A DNA stretch of 64,000 nucleotides from contig CAXHJY010001659.1 of the NCBI GenBank assembly GCA_964016885.1, positions 1 to 64,000 of the forward strand. Direction: 5' to 3'. The notes beneath the pieces are model-generated. The model worked only from the letters and a program-made list of their open reading frames with translations. It was not told the DNA's origin and did not search any database. Below, piece after piece: positions 1 to 15,213 of the stretch. Every line of letters begins with the position of its first letter. Position 1 is the first letter of the stretch. Source of the DNA: Eledone cirrhosa (Eukaryota). The translations under genes and the position numbers were made by a program.

Positions 1-144
1 CCAAATAGTGAGTGTGTTCTGTTATTATTTCTGTCAATTTTATTACAACAATATGACCCTCCTTAAGTATAACAATATTTGCTTCGACACACGATTTCAT
101 ATCAAAAACCTCGCAAAACAAATTCATCGCCGTTTATATATATA

Positions 145-394
145 CTATCTGGCCCGTCCGGCTGGCGCTCGGCTAGGCATACCTGCCCCCACCACTGCAA
201 AGATACCACACACCCTCACGTATCACATTGTCCTTCCGACTCTCTCTCTCACTCTCTCTCTCAGAGGGAGGGGAAAAGAGAGGAGATAGGCCGTTAGATA
301 GAGAGAGATACAATTAAAACGGAAAGTAAAAGAGTGTTGTCATATAGAGAGTGAAGAGACACAGAGAGTAAAGCAATTAAATTATAGGGAGGGT

Positions 395-470
<76 letters not shown>

Positions 471-785
471 ACGCTCAACTTTATAATATTTGGGAGTGAA
501 TAGCGACTGAGAGTAAAGCATGTAAATTATAGAGATGGGGAATGATCTATTATAGTGAGAGGGAAGGGCGACGGAGAGACGACGCTCAACTTTATAATAT
601 TTGAGAGTGAAGAGCGACAGAGAGAGTAAAGCAGTTCAATTATAGAGAGGGGGGAATGATCTATTATAGAGAGAGGGAAGAGCGATGGAGAGAGTAAAGC
701 TAACAAACTATAGGGAGGTGTGTAGGATACATATACATACATACATACATAATACACACGACACTCAGCTTTATAATATTATAGA
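145..785 (-). mobile_element. Non-autonomous Helitron-like element with internal ~120 bp repeats and (GA)n
   Basis: Minus strand begins A|TCTATAATATTATAAAGCTGAG followed by (TATG)n. It ends in a GC-rich hairpin-like segment plus ATAG|T (CTAG with one mismatch). Confidence 0.5.
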
Positions 786-1090
786 TGAATCTCAAGAAAT
801 ATGGGAGAACTAGGCGTATGGAAGCTGTTAGAACAGCAAAATACCTTCGAAACAGCGTTGGGTAAAATATTACCTCGAAGGACAGAGATCAGCGGCGAGA
901 TGTGAGTTGGCTCGAATGAACTTTATTGATAATCATTGTATAAAATCAAAGAAAAAGAAAAACATCCCGAGTGAGGTTAATCAACCCGACTGTTATTTCT
1001 AGCAGGTTAGGAGACAACCATGTAGGATTCTGTACGTTGTAGGCGATGCTCATGTATCGTGGCCAGCGTTTCCGTGGATTCGAACGCTGG

Positions 1091-1230
<140 letters not shown>

Positions 1231-1706
1231 GTATCCTATATCTATATATCTCTATATATAAAACTGTTGTTGTCTGTGTGTGTGTGTCCTCATTTTTGCA
1301 AAGTCTATACAAATCCACATTTCTACTCCGATTGACTTCAAACTTGCATTTGTATATTCCTTGCGGTCTAAAGATATTAACTGCAGCTTTTATTTTTCAA
1401 GTTTCTGTTGTTAAAGGGGTGTTAGGCGCCGGTTATCGATCTCCGTCGCGCTCTTATAATATCTGTCTGTATGCCTGGCTGTCTGCATTACGACATTCTA
1501 ACGAACATTGATTATGTTCGCTATTATCCGTTCATTGCCAGGGAACGTCTTCACGAACCAAAGTATCGTCTTCCTGTTTTCCTTCGGTTGCAACGTTTTT
1601 CGAAATATTTACTTCTACGTTCACAGATTGATGTGTTTAGTTTCAGAAGATCCCGTTAAGGGTGAAAGCAACGATTCTTTGCTTAAACTTTAATCTGTTA
1701 TTTTAA

Positions 1707-1794
1707 TCTATATATGTATATATATAAAACTGAGGAAGAATGTATGTATGTCCGTATGTACGTATGTACGTATGTACGTACGTACGTATGTATG

Positions 1795-1828
<34 letters not shown>

Positions 1829-2470
1829 TGTATGTATGTATGTATGTATGTATGTATGTATGTATGTATGTGTGTATGTGTGTGTGTGTGTATGAAACCC
1901 GAGAAGTACCCAACCGATGTTTTCAAATTTTACATGTGTATTACTTATGTTTCAGGGAGTGTTATGCACATAAAAAAGTTCCACTTTTTGATCCCCTAGA
2001 GCCCGCATTAGGTAAAAATCTGCGTTTCTTTTCAGCTTTTTAGGGTTTCTTTGAGGCGTTACGTCAGACCGATTTCCTTGAAATTGTAACTATGTATTAG
2101 TCAGTCTCTTCTTCATACCGTGAGCAAAGAAAATCCAACTTTTTTTATGGCCTAGGGCCCGCATTAGGTGAAAAACTTCATTTTTGAGGCTTCATTTTTG
2201 AGGCGCTACGTCTAGCCCATTTCCCCCTAAATTTCAAGGCATATTATGCACATAAAAAAATTCATTTTCTTGATCCCCTAGGGTCCGCATTAACTGAAAA
2301 CCTGCCTTTTTCCTGCTTCATCGAGGAAAATCTTAGATTATCCAGCCATCAGAGTATTGGGTTTATTTCTTTACATATTTTCCAGCCATGCAGTTTTTCC
2401 ACTATTAGGTCTGTTGGCAGTCCGCGTTCCAAAATACCTTATCCTGTGCAACGCCGGGTACCACTGCTAG
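1707..2470 (+). mobile_element. Non-autonomous Helitron
   Basis: A|TC start, subterminal (TATG)n, 3' hairpin CCTGTGCAACGCCGGG then CTAG|T, no TSD. A second copy lies at 37886-38527. Confidence 0.8.
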
Positions 2471-2693
2471 TATAGTATAAAGTATTAGAAGTCCCATCAT
2501 CCTTTTGAGAAACCTGGACCCACCACGTCTATGCAATGGTACACGCTTAAGAGTCAGGTGGATGATGAACCATCTCCTAGCGGTCACTATTCTCGTAGGC
2601 AATCAATCATCAAGGAGAAAATGCATTTATTCCCAAGATTCGTCTCGCCCATTTGTCCACCAAGTTCCCCGTTAGAGCCAGTTTTACTATGAC

Positions 2694-2859
2694 CATGGCG
2701 GACTGGGTCTAAAATATTGGTTGCCAGGAGATGAAGGGGGCCCGCCTACATATAGAATGCTATCATTGGCCCCTAAAATACGTACTAGCAATGCTACCGT
2801 GGACCCCTTGGGGCCCACTTGTCATTGGGCAACCTGGCAACCTGGCCAGTCCGCCACTG
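2694..2859. mobile_element. hAT-like MITE
   Basis: TIRs CA(G)TGGCGGACTGG ... CCAGTCCGCCACTG. A second right end occurs at 4305-4377. Confidence 0.55.
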
Positions 2860-2897
<38 letters not shown>

Positions 2898-2899
2898 CA

Positions 2900-2991
<92 letters not shown>

Positions 2992-3035
2992 TGTAATAAA
3001 CGAAATATATATATGTATATATCTATATATATATA

Positions 3036-3771
3036 CGTGTGACGGTATTTTAACGATAGTTATAGCTCTGATTTATTTGAATTATAGAGCCCTCTGCCGC
3101 TCATCTCGAATTTTGTTTATCGTGAACTCGTGCGCCGATTTTTCGATACTCGATTATTCTACTATATTTAGCTCTAGACCTAGCTATTGACCAGTTAATT
3201 TTATTGTTCATTTTTTGTCGATTCTATTAAATGATGAATAGCTCCTGTTTATTTTAACATGTCTATTGAGCACTCTTATTCGATATGTGTTATTCCACAT
3301 TTTCCCGAATATTTTTTGCGGATATAAAGGTTATCTCCCTTGCTGAAATCCATGTGCGTATTTTCAGCCTGGGTTTTGTCTTTTCATCCGTTCGGACTAA
3401 AGCTCGTTGAAGAAATAACTCCAGTCCCCCGTCGTTTGTAAGTCTTATATTTTTATGTGAGCTGATAGAGGACGGTTTAAGGATTTACAGAAACCCAAGA
3501 AGCTAGATATACCATCTCTCTAGTGGGTCCGGGTATGCTTTTTACATTCATTTGATTTATTGATTTATTGATAATTTATCTGAGTGTCCCGAATCTTCCA
3601 TATCGCAATTTTTCGGTTGTTTGGTTGATTGTAGACATATTCTACGTGTGACGGTATTTTAACGATAGTTATAGCTCTGATTTATTTGAATTATAGAGCC
3701 CTCTGCCGCTCATCTCGAATTTTGTTTATCGTGAACTCGTGCGCCGATTTTTCGATACTCGATTATTCTAC
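3036..3771. mobile_element. (TA)n-flanked element with 127 bp terminal direct repeats (period 609)
   Basis: 3036-3162 is repeated at 3645-3771, with TA runs on both sides. Confidence 0.7.
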
Positions 3772-4763
3772 TATATATATATATACATATTTATATATAA
3801 TTATGACTAATGGCTCTAGGAAATCCATGAACGACACCACATCTTTTAACTTTGATTTTGAAAGTAGGTTTATAATTATTAATATTCATTAAGGTTTTGT
3901 TGCTGCCTCGGCGGAATAGTTGGATGATTCATAGGCGGTGGTGATGCAGGTCTGAAGTTCGATCCTGGTCCGGAGTAGGGTTCCCGGTAAACCTTTTCAA
4001 TTTTTTTCTATGGGATGTAAAATATAAACTGAAAAAGATTACATGTACCTCTTGACCAGGATTGAACCCAAGACCAGGACCTCCACCGTATTTAGTACCT
4101 ACCGCTGTGCCACAGAGTCAACTACGAAAGTCTTATGAGAATTCATACTTATAAACCTACTTTCAAATTTTCAACACAAAATGATGTGGTGCCGTTCATG
4201 TCTTTCTTAATGTTATTGCTCCTACTTAAGGTCCACTTCTAAATAATTTGGGTGTTCCATAAACTTTCTTTCTCTTAAACTTCAGGTATTTTTTGAAAGT
4301 TAAGCATTGGTCCCTAAAATACTACAGTGAGCCCTGCAATGTTACGGCAACCTGGGTATCCGGCCAGTCAGCCACTGACCATAAATACAGCTCAGGATCA
4401 GAGTCCCAGAGTTGTAGGATTGAATATGAGAGAATCGGTATTTATCAATGGACAGTTATATGTAAGTTGTTCACGAGTGGGAACACTTAGAAATCTTCAT
4501 GTACTATGCACGAACAGTATAACGAAAGATCTGGTGTAACTGGAATTTTGGAGTATTGTTTCATGCCACACACACACACACACCACGGTCTCGCCTCATA
4601 CTATAAACCAAACAATGCATCGAATACAGTTGTTTTCTCTTCTACCTGTCTTTTATCTATTTACCTGCATGAAGCTGGGTGCCTCAGCTAGTATCTCTCT
4701 CTCTCCATCTTGTCAATATCGTGTAAGACAGAACAAAAGGGAGACACAAAATAAAAACCATAT

Positions 4764-4804
4764 TCACTGAGGAGATCACAGAATGTGTGACGAAAGAGCT
4801 TTGA
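4764..4804 (+). ncRNA. Type I hammerhead ribozyme motif (GTCACA-stem family, copy 1)
   Basis: TCA CTGAGGA GATCACA gaatg TGTGAC GAAA GAGC TT TGA. Confidence 0.65.
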
Positions 4805-5266
4805 CAATATATAAACAACCACCCGGTTATCGAACCAACCAATCAACCAACCAGCCAACCAACCGGAAATTTATAATAAATTGAAGTGAAAACCACAGGT
4901 GTGTCTCTTTTTGTTGGCAGCATGGCCCTCCCAAAGTATAGCAATATCTGTTTCAACACACGTTTTCAGATAAGAAATCTTGCAAAGCAAATTCAAAAAT
5001 GATGTATATATATATATATATATTTTCCCCTACTATATCTAGCGTAAAACTAATGATATATTTTTTCATTGTACTGTTTCGTTTGCTTTGTATTTCTGTT
5101 TGTCTTTTGTATATACTGTATATATATATATATGGTCGGGATTTTACATCTCTCTCTATATATATATATTTTGTCTGGTGATCCTGTGAGTACACAGGTC
5201 AAACTACAAAGTAACAAGAATCTACTTCGGTATTAAGTACACATTCTCAGTCCGTCAACTTTATAC

Positions 5267-5356
<90 letters not shown>

Positions 5357-5359
<3 letters not shown>

Positions 5360-6520
5360 AGAAAGTAAGTCCATAGAATCATTTGATAAAATCTATACAG
5401 TATTTCTCCTCCCAATCAGCATAATCAACCACATAAAAAAAATCAATTAAACGAGGCTATAAGTTTAAAATGTACCTATGAAGAAACAATAGTAAATAAA
5501 TGATAGCTATTTTATCCGCCATCCACGGCCACAGATTTACCTAGTATTTCTAATAGCACGTAGAAATTGACTAGACATATAGCTAACCATACACAATTAG
5601 GTACAAAATCAAAGTTAGAAGAAAAATGTAGATACACGTACCAAAATTATGTTTCTAACCCCGAAGGTTTCATTTGCTTTTTGGAAATATCCGATCATGG
5701 ATAAATCAACGAGTTTCGAAATCACCAGGAAACAAACTCAATTGGACAAAGATTTTTCTTAAATGATCCCCGCCAGAAACAAATTCAAAATGGCTAATAA
5801 TTGTCACATGGCCAGTGGTCAAGTCAGAAAGCTTGTGATTGGTGCCTGACGGCGAGTAGGCTGGCTGCTAGAAAGCGCAGCCGAATACTGCCTAAAGTTT
5901 TACTCAACCTTACGGGAGTATATAAAATATAGAGGTTTACATATACATAAACTAGACAGAGCCATATATATATATATATATATATGTTTTTGGCAACCAT
6001 TCACGGTGTGGCTCAATGACGAATTAATTAATTAAATATTCAACAATCAGAGCAATATATAAGAAAGTAAATCTATAGAATCATTTGATAAAATATATAC
6101 AGTATTTCTCCTCCCAATCAGCATAATTAACCGCACAAAAAATCAATTAAACGAGGCTATAAGTTTAAAATGTACCTTTGAAGAAACAATAGATAAATAA
6201 ATGATAGCTATTTTATCCGCCATCCACAGCCACAGAAGATTTACCTAGTATTTATAATAGCCCGTAGAAATTGACTAGACATATAGCTAACCATACACAA
6301 TTAGGTACAAAATCAAAGTTAGAAGAAAAAAATGTACATAAACATACCAAAATTATGTTTCTACCCCCTGAGATTTCATTCGCTTTTTGGAAATATCCGA
6401 TCATGGATAAATCAACGAGTTTCGAAATCATCAGGAAACAAACTCAATTGGACAAAGATTTTTCTTAAATGATCCCCGCCAGAAACGAATTCAAAATGGC
6501 TAAGAATTGTCACATGGCCA
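5357..6520 (-). mobile_element. Partial-tandem HHR element (period 706), retrozyme-like
   Basis: 5358-5814 is duplicated at 6060-6520. Each copy holds a minus-strand HHR (5650-5734 and 6356-6440). TA flanks. Confidence 0.7.
6356..6440 (-). ncRNA. Hammerhead ribozyme motif
   Basis: Reverse complement: TGTTTC CTGATGA TTTCG...CGAAT GAAA TCTCAGGGGG TA GAAACA, with a 6-bp stem I. Confidence 0.65.
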
Positions 6521-6528
6521 TATATATA

Positions 6529-6683
6529 TAACGAAGGAAGTGTGGTAAGGAACCAGGTGGACCATAACGCACCATAGTACTTGATACTTAGGTTAGTAGA
6601 GTGGGTATTAGGAAAAGAGTCAGGAGCCCGACGGCTGAGCTCCGGCCGTTTCGACGCTCAACCGTCGGACTCCTGACTCTTCC
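6529..6683 (-). mobile_element. Short fold-back element family H (copy 1 of 6) carrying the 3' half of an HHR
   Basis: Homologous to 13132-13324, 18083-18255, 31568-31712, 44098-44234 and 53160-53355. Contains GAAACGGC-loop-GCCGTC. Confidence 0.75.
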
Positions 6684-7142
6684 CCCCCCACACACACATA
6701 TACACACATATATCTATATATATCTATATATATATATCTCTCTCTCTATATATATTTACATGGTAAGTATTGGATTCGTTTTTTCATGCAAGAATTTAGT
6801 TCCTCTGTTTGGCTCCTACTTCTGGGCAACATCGTTTCCATATCGTTATAACATCAAGATAAATGTGTTGGTCAGTTTAAGTGCACGTGCATGTGTGTGT
6901 GTATGCATGTATAGTTGCAAGTATATACGGGTGTAGGTGTATGTATATAGGAAATGGATATAAAATCGGGAAAGACATAGAGCGAGGGAGGCGGTGTAAG
7001 TGACGGATGAGAGAGAGAGATATATATAGATAGAGAGAGGGGGAGAGAAAGGGTTAGTAGAAGGGGTAAGAAAATAATTGATAGAGTGAGAGAGAGAGGT
7101 AATTTAAGTGGCAGGTAAGGGAGAAGAGAGAAAGAGAAAGAC

Positions 7143-7204
<62 letters not shown>

Positions 7205-7721
7205 TGTGTGTGTGTAAGAGAGTGAGAGAAAGGGTAAGTATGAGGGGTAAGAAAATAATTGATAGAGTGAGAGAGAGAGGTGGTTTAAGTGACAGGGAAG
7301 AGAGAAAGAGGCAGACAGCGATAAAGGACAAAAAAGGGATAAAGATATGAAAGAAAGCGAATTTGAAAACATTTCATATCTCATATAAGCTATATATGTA
7401 AGTGTATGTGTGTGCACGTGTTTGTGTGTATGCGTATGTCGTGTAGAAAGAGAAAGAAAGGAGAGAAAAGAGAGCTATGGACAGAGAGGGAAAAAGAAAT
7501 GACAAAAATAAAGAATAAGGAGACTAGGAAAGGGGTGTCGTGTGAGGTTTATGTAAAAGGGGTTGTTCTAAGAAAGAAAGGAAGAAAGAAAGCAATTTGA
7601 AACGAAAGAATGAAGACGGAAAGAAGAAAAGAAGATACCGATTTTCAAATCATTTTATTTCTGCAGTAACCCAAGGCTAGCCAGCATTGATTATATGACA
7701 AAACAATATAATAATTCAAAT

Positions 7722-7756
<35 letters not shown>

Positions 7757-7822
7757 CACATATATATATATGTATATACATATATATATATGTATATATA
7801 TGTATGTATATATACATATATG

Positions 7823-7883
<61 letters not shown>

Positions 7884-8308
7884 GTGTGTGTGTATGTATA
7901 TATGTATGTGTATATATATATATATATTTCATTACACACACACATATATGTATATGTGTGTGTTTTTTCTTATGTATTCGTATATTTTCTTTTTATATAT
8001 GTTTTTTATATTTGAAACCTTCAAATGGCAAATTGATAGCTTGATGGTAGAGACACGATTATATCAATAATGACAGATTTTCGATTTACATATATAGACA
8101 TTTCACTTCAATTACCTCTCTGAGAGCTAACATCATACTATACAAAGTGGGCGGGGAAGGGCCTTCTGACGTCAAGTCCTGTCCATCGATGATGCACTGG
8201 GTTCGCGGTTAAATCATTGTTTTACTGGCCCACTAACCTACCTGCTTTCTCTGATAGTTCTCTGATGTCGAATTTCACTTCAGTTGTAAGTATTGTCGTT
8301 GTTATTGT

Positions 8309-9000
8309 TAACCCTTTCATTACCATATTTCTAATGAAGTACACAGCCCAGTATTTTCAAATCATTTAAAATACAATAAAGAATTTAGAGTGATTTAGTA
8401 AAATAATTAACTTTCTCATTATTAAGCTCATCTTTGGAGCATAATTTAAAAATATTTAAATATAAAATTATGATGGAAAGTTTGTAGCTAAATTGATACT
8501 TTCGTAATGATATTTCTAATGAAAGACACTGCCTCTGATTTTCTAATAATTTTCTTATATAATCAAGAATGTGGACGTATTCAGTAATATAACTAACTTT
8601 CTCATTATGATGCTAGTGTTTGGATCATAACAAAGCTTCCTACATACAATTATGGTGAAAGTTATGAGATAAATATAAAGAATTTTCGTTACTATATTTT
8701 CAATGAAGAGGAAAGACTGTGATTTTCAACTAATAAGAAAATTATAAAGAATTTGTAGGCATTTAGTAATATAACTTCCCACAAAGCTCGTGTTTCGAAC
8801 GTAACTTAACAACATTCTTCCATAAAATTATGTGGAAACGTTTTTCGATAAATATAAACACTGCAACCCTTTTCTGCTCTCCATATTTTTATGTAAGCCA
8901 CCGACTACTATTTTCAAATTCTTCTGAAAATAATCAAGAATTTGGAAATATTTATTTAGTAAACTTCTATGGGAATCCATAGTTATTCCATATAAATTTT
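8309..9000 (+). repeat. Degenerate AT-rich tandem repeat, ~185 bp unit, about 4 copies
   Basis: Recurring TTTCRTTACCATATTTCTAATGAA...AAGAATTT...AAGCTNGTGTTTGG..CATAA. A related single copy lies near 35065-35200. Confidence 0.6.
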
Positions 9001-9563
9001 AATTTCAAATCCAAAGAATACAGCTAAACCGTTGTCGTGCTTCTGACTAAATCTACGCTACTGATTACATCACACTGAGTTCCACAGAAGAAAAAGAAGA
9101 AGAATTAACTCCAACACTAGTACTCTATTCATCGAGCTCATTATTTATCGAATTTAAAAGCATGAAAGGCAAAGTTGACTACGATTGGATTTGAATTCAG
9201 AGCACTGAAAGCAGGAACAAATACTGCAAGGCATTTTATCCGACGTTTTAAAGACTCTGTCAAATCACTGCCTATGTAGCTTATAACTTAACCTTCCAGC
9301 TCCATCTCCACCTCTAATCATTGCGCTTGTTCCTCATATAACTCGTTTGCTTCTTAACACCCTCAGAACAAAAACTTTTAGTGTTTACTCAGGTCTCCAT
9401 ACAACATGACAACAGACACTTATTGAATGTTTTTGAGGGAAATTAACCTCCAAGGACATGAACAAGTTATAAAATAAGACGTTTTATGTGGTATATACAT
9501 ACATATATATATTATATACACACATATATACATATATATACATATATATACACATATATACAT

Positions 9564-9646
<83 letters not shown>

Positions 9647-9685
9647 GAGATGTTTATCGGCCAAGTTCCGTTTATGTATGTATAT

Positions 9686-9722
<37 letters not shown>

Positions 9723-10339
9723 AATATACATACATAAACGCATCTTGGCCGATAAACATCTCTACATAATTTAATTAAATCTTGAAAAGTATCTCATCCT
9801 TGGCTAAAATATATGAGTGTCTTAACTTCTCGCCCTCTCTTGGGATAACCAGAAACGTCGTGCCTAGATTGGTCAAAAGTGTGAAGGGAATTAAAAGCAA
9901 AGAAAAAAGAAGAGCATTGTATTAGTTACCAGTGGAAACACGCATATAGAGGTACGTTGTACTTAATCATAAGGTTTAACGGGAATATTTTAAAAAAGCG
10001 ACAGTTTTTGCTGGGGAAAACAGCACCGGTAGAAAAAAAGTCACTCTTTATTTAAATATAAAAAAAAAAAAAAAAAAGGTCACTTTTGGATTGAAAGATT
10101 TTTTCACTTTTGGCTAGGAAAATACGTCACAATTTTGACGAGGAAAAAATATTATTCAAATACCATAAAACAAAACGTAATTTATGTAACATAATGGGAA
10201 CGTAACTATAAATCTATAAGAAAAACAATTTCCATTCATAACACTTACATTTCTATTAGGTCTAGGTTAGGTTTACAAGGAAACCAATATATATATATAT
10301 ATAGATTCTAAACATTGGTACAGCTTTATATATATATAT

Positions 10340-11602
<1,263 letters not shown>

Positions 11603-11672
11603 CGGAAAAAGTAAACATCAAACAATCTTTTAAATAAAATAAAATACGATTTAAATATTTACCTCTTGTAGT

Positions 11673-11752
11673 GCCATGACCGACGGTTTCGCTTATCAAA
11701 AGATTGGAAATTCAGAGAATTTCCAATGGAAAGATATAGCTCTTCAGATAGC
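11673..11752 (-). ncRNA. Type I hammerhead ribozyme
   Basis: Reverse complement: GCTAT CTGAAGA GCTATATC-(hairpin)-GATAAGC GAAA CCGTCGG TC ATGGC; GUC cleavage site. Confidence 0.85.
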
Positions 11753-12130
11753 TTTTCCAAATCTACTAGACATAAGTCCGTATAGATGTAAATATATCAC
11801 CCACTGCCCAGTGAATGAATCAAGCCGTTAAAATGACCCACACACTTATTGGACCGTTAGAGAAAGCGGGAATTATAGACTCGCTGATATTTCATGCATG
11901 ATACAGCATGATTCAGCATTTTTTTCTCTACATTAAGGAGAATTAGATAAATGATATAGATATCCTAGTAGGTACTAGGTACCCACGGAAATATATATGG
12001 TGTCTATAATAGTGGTTGTTCTATGGAACTAATTTGAGATACCAGAACTGTAAATATGAGCGGAACAAGTAAATATTAAACAATCTTTTAAATAAATTAA
12101 AATACGATTTAAATATTTACCTCTTCTAGC

Positions 12131-12210
12131 ATCATGACCGACGGTTTCGCTTATCAAAAGATTGGAAATTCAGAGAATTTCCAATGGAAAGATATAGCTC
12201 TTCAGATAGC
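12131..12210 (-). ncRNA. Type I hammerhead ribozyme (second copy)
   Basis: Core and stems II/III match 11673-11752; stem I is weakened. Confidence 0.75.
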
Positions 12211-12242
12211 TTTTCCAAATCTACTAGACATAAGTCCGTATA

Positions 12243-12337
<95 letters not shown>

Positions 12338-12769
12338 TCTTGGTATGATTTCCAGATATAAGATATGACTCTTTATTATTATCATTTTTTATATGAAATA
12401 ATGATTGATCTTCCTTGTATCCCATGTCTGATTTAGCCTTAGAGAATAGAATAGCTATGTGTGTATATATACACATTTATTACGTTTTAATATCTCTGTG
12501 GGTGCATTGGTTGTGTATACATATGGCTATTCTTTTAATATCCAATTGAGTTCTTATACACGTGGTTAATACCTAACAGGTTTAAATGACCAGCGTGTAT
12601 ATTGTTTTATTTTAAGATGACCTCCCTTTACCCTTTTGGGGACAGCGTGTATTTTATCTTTGGGAGGACTGCTGGATTATCTAATCTACCAGTCTCTTCT
12701 TAGCGCTGAGCGAGACCATGACCATTCTATTAATGTCGATATAATTCTTATATCGATATTATTTGGGCA

Positions 12770-12893
12770 TCCACTGATGAGTTTATAAGAACCCGCTTGT
12801 GTATAAAAGTATGGATTATATACAAGTTTCTACATAACCTGGAAATTATTTATCCCAAATTGTAAAAATCTTATAACGAAACTGCTGTCTGGA
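12770..12893 (+). ncRNA. Type I hammerhead with long stem II insert, inside TA-flanked element 12337-13076
   Basis: TCCA CTGATGA GTTTATAAGA...TCTTATAAC GAAA CTGCTG TC TGGA. Confidence 0.75.
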
Positions 12894-13071
12894 AGGAAAG
12901 AGATATTTATTTAATAATGTCTCATATGAAATAATACAACCAGCTATCCACGAAATACTGATTAGTTAGCACCCCAAACACTAAATTGGGATAATACTTA
13001 GGTATATCCTAATGTTTGTTGAGTGAGATGGAGTTGGTCGGAGTATCGCTTAAGGCTTTCTCTGTTTATGT

Positions 13072-13134
<63 letters not shown>

Positions 13135-13447
13135 CGAAGGAAATGTGGTAAGGAACCAGGTGGACCATAACGCACCAAAGTACTGAATACTTAGGGTAGT
13201 AGAGTGGGTAACAGGAACGAGTAGGACCCCGACGGCTGAGCTCAAGCCGTTTCGACGGCTAATTCAGTCCAGAATTAGCCGTCGAAACGGCTGGAGCTCA
13301 GCCGTCGGGGTCCTACTCGTTCCTATATATATATATATATATATATACATATATACACTATTTATTCTTGTCTCTGTCTGCGCATGCGTTTGAGTGTGTG
13401 AGTAATGTTTGGTGTGTGTCTTTATATGTGTTTGTTGTTATTGTACT

Positions 13448-13478
<31 letters not shown>

Positions 13479-13797
13479 TTATTTATTTATATTTCCCTTA
13501 AGTCAGTACTGTTGGTTTGGGTATGGTTGTTGTTGTTATGCCATTCGTTCTTTCTGTTCAACCTAGGTCTTCTCAGTTCTATCTCAGTTGCTTCTCTGAT
13601 TGCCAACCTGTTGAGTCATTGCGTTGCTTAGATATTATTTTAATTTCTATGTTGTCTATATTACCGTCATACCTTTGTTTGCCGTATTCATATAGTACTG
13701 AACTGTATATTTGATTCGACACACGATTTCATATCAAAAACCTTGCAAAACAAATATATATATATATATGTATATTGTATAGTGTATGTATTGTATG

Positions 13798-13884
<87 letters not shown>

Positions 13885-14021
13885 GTATGTATATTGTATG
13901 TATATATATTGTATGTATGTATATTGTATGTATGTATATTGTATGTATATATATATATGTATGTATGTGTATATGTATGTATGTATATGTATATGTGTAT
14001 ATATGTATGTATATATATATG

Positions 14022-14597
14022 TATTCCAGTACAACCTGTCCCATGGTCAGGTCGTTGGCGACTAAACTGGCAACCCCACCAAGGTTTCTTGGTGAGGAGG
14101 GTGACTTTGGACATCCTGCAGGACTAAAAACAAAACCTGTCAAAGGCAAAGGAGCTCTTAAGAGTCAATGTCCATCCAAAATCACCGGGAGAGATGACCC
14201 CTTAGCCTTTGTCAAGGCAGAATTCTAGGAGAAGGAAAACTCTGATATAACACCTGCAACCCTGATGGTATCCAATGATGTTGACTTGTTCTTCTTTTTG
14301 GTAAATATCATCTTGGTTATGAGAGTGGGACTGGCTTTGTGCAGTGCCTTTGCTCACTATAAAAGCTTCACGGCACAGGCATTGCTTTATATCTGGAGAT
14401 CTCTCTACATTTGTCCTCACATGGTACCATGGGCCCAGCACTATGTGTCAGTAATTGTCACAGGTGTAGTGTTTGTACCAGCGTTTTCAAGTCGCTGGCT
14501 GGACTAAAAAGTCACACTCGTTCAGCGCATCGGTAGGGGTTCTCCTACATGGATATAAAGTAGTGGCCGTACTCGAAGACGAGTTGGCAGCCACCAT
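14022..14597 (+). mobile_element. Non-autonomous RTE-related retroposon, family J
   Basis: Close copies at 56730-57142, 61074-61683 and 61705-62265 (all minus), with a diverged relative at 14615-14945 (-). Contains GGAGAAGGAAAACTCTG, which I recall from RTE 5' UTRs. Common 3' end GCAGCCACCAT, with a (TATG)n tail in the minus-strand copies. Confidence 0.6.
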
Positions 14598-15081
14598 ATA
14601 TATATATATATATGATGGCTGCCGTCTCGTTATCGTGTAAGGCCATTGCACGATATACCATTATTAATAATTATTAATTAATTCTATCGTGTAATGCCTG
14701 TGCATGAAGATATTTTTTAAAGTGAGGCAAGACCTTTCACTGCGCCAATCCCACTCTCTGAGCGACAGTAGCTATAACCAGAAAAGAAGAAAATATCAGC
14801 ATCATCGGTAACTACTGAGCTGCAGGTTTCGGTGTTATCCCAGTTTCCTGAGTTGCCTTCTCCTAGAAGAATGCCCTGACAAAGGCTAGGGGTCCTTCAC
14901 TTCGAGTGGTTTAACTGCGCGATCGGGTGTCCAGCCCGGCTTTTTCTATGTCCCCCCCGCGCATATACATACACATGCACCCATGTATATACACATATAC
15001 ATATGTACATGTGTATATATATATTTACACACTTTTGGATGGTCGTTGACTCTTATGAGTTCTTCCGCCCTCCTTTGCATG

Positions 15082-15213
<132 letters not shown>

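Larger units (their letters stand above)
2560..4539 (+). pseudogene. Helitron Pif1-like helicase C-terminal remnant split by nested insertions
   Basis: 2620-2695 reads IPKIRL...FPVRASFTMT. It resumes at 4378 with TINTAQDQS..VGLNMRESVFINGQLYVSCSRVG, matching the helicase motifs TINKAQGQS and HGQLYVACSRV. Confidence 0.75.
11598..12248 (-). mobile_element. Retrozyme-like partial tandem element, 458 nt monomer bounded by two HHRs
   Basis: 11598-11790 is duplicated at 12056-12248. Each copy contains a minus-strand HHR. TA flanks. Confidence 0.85.

Noticed and set aside
14202-14507. Recurring ORFs MVSNDVDLFFFLV.. and MLGPWYHV..
   Set aside because: They recur only because family J is repeated; no recognisable domain.
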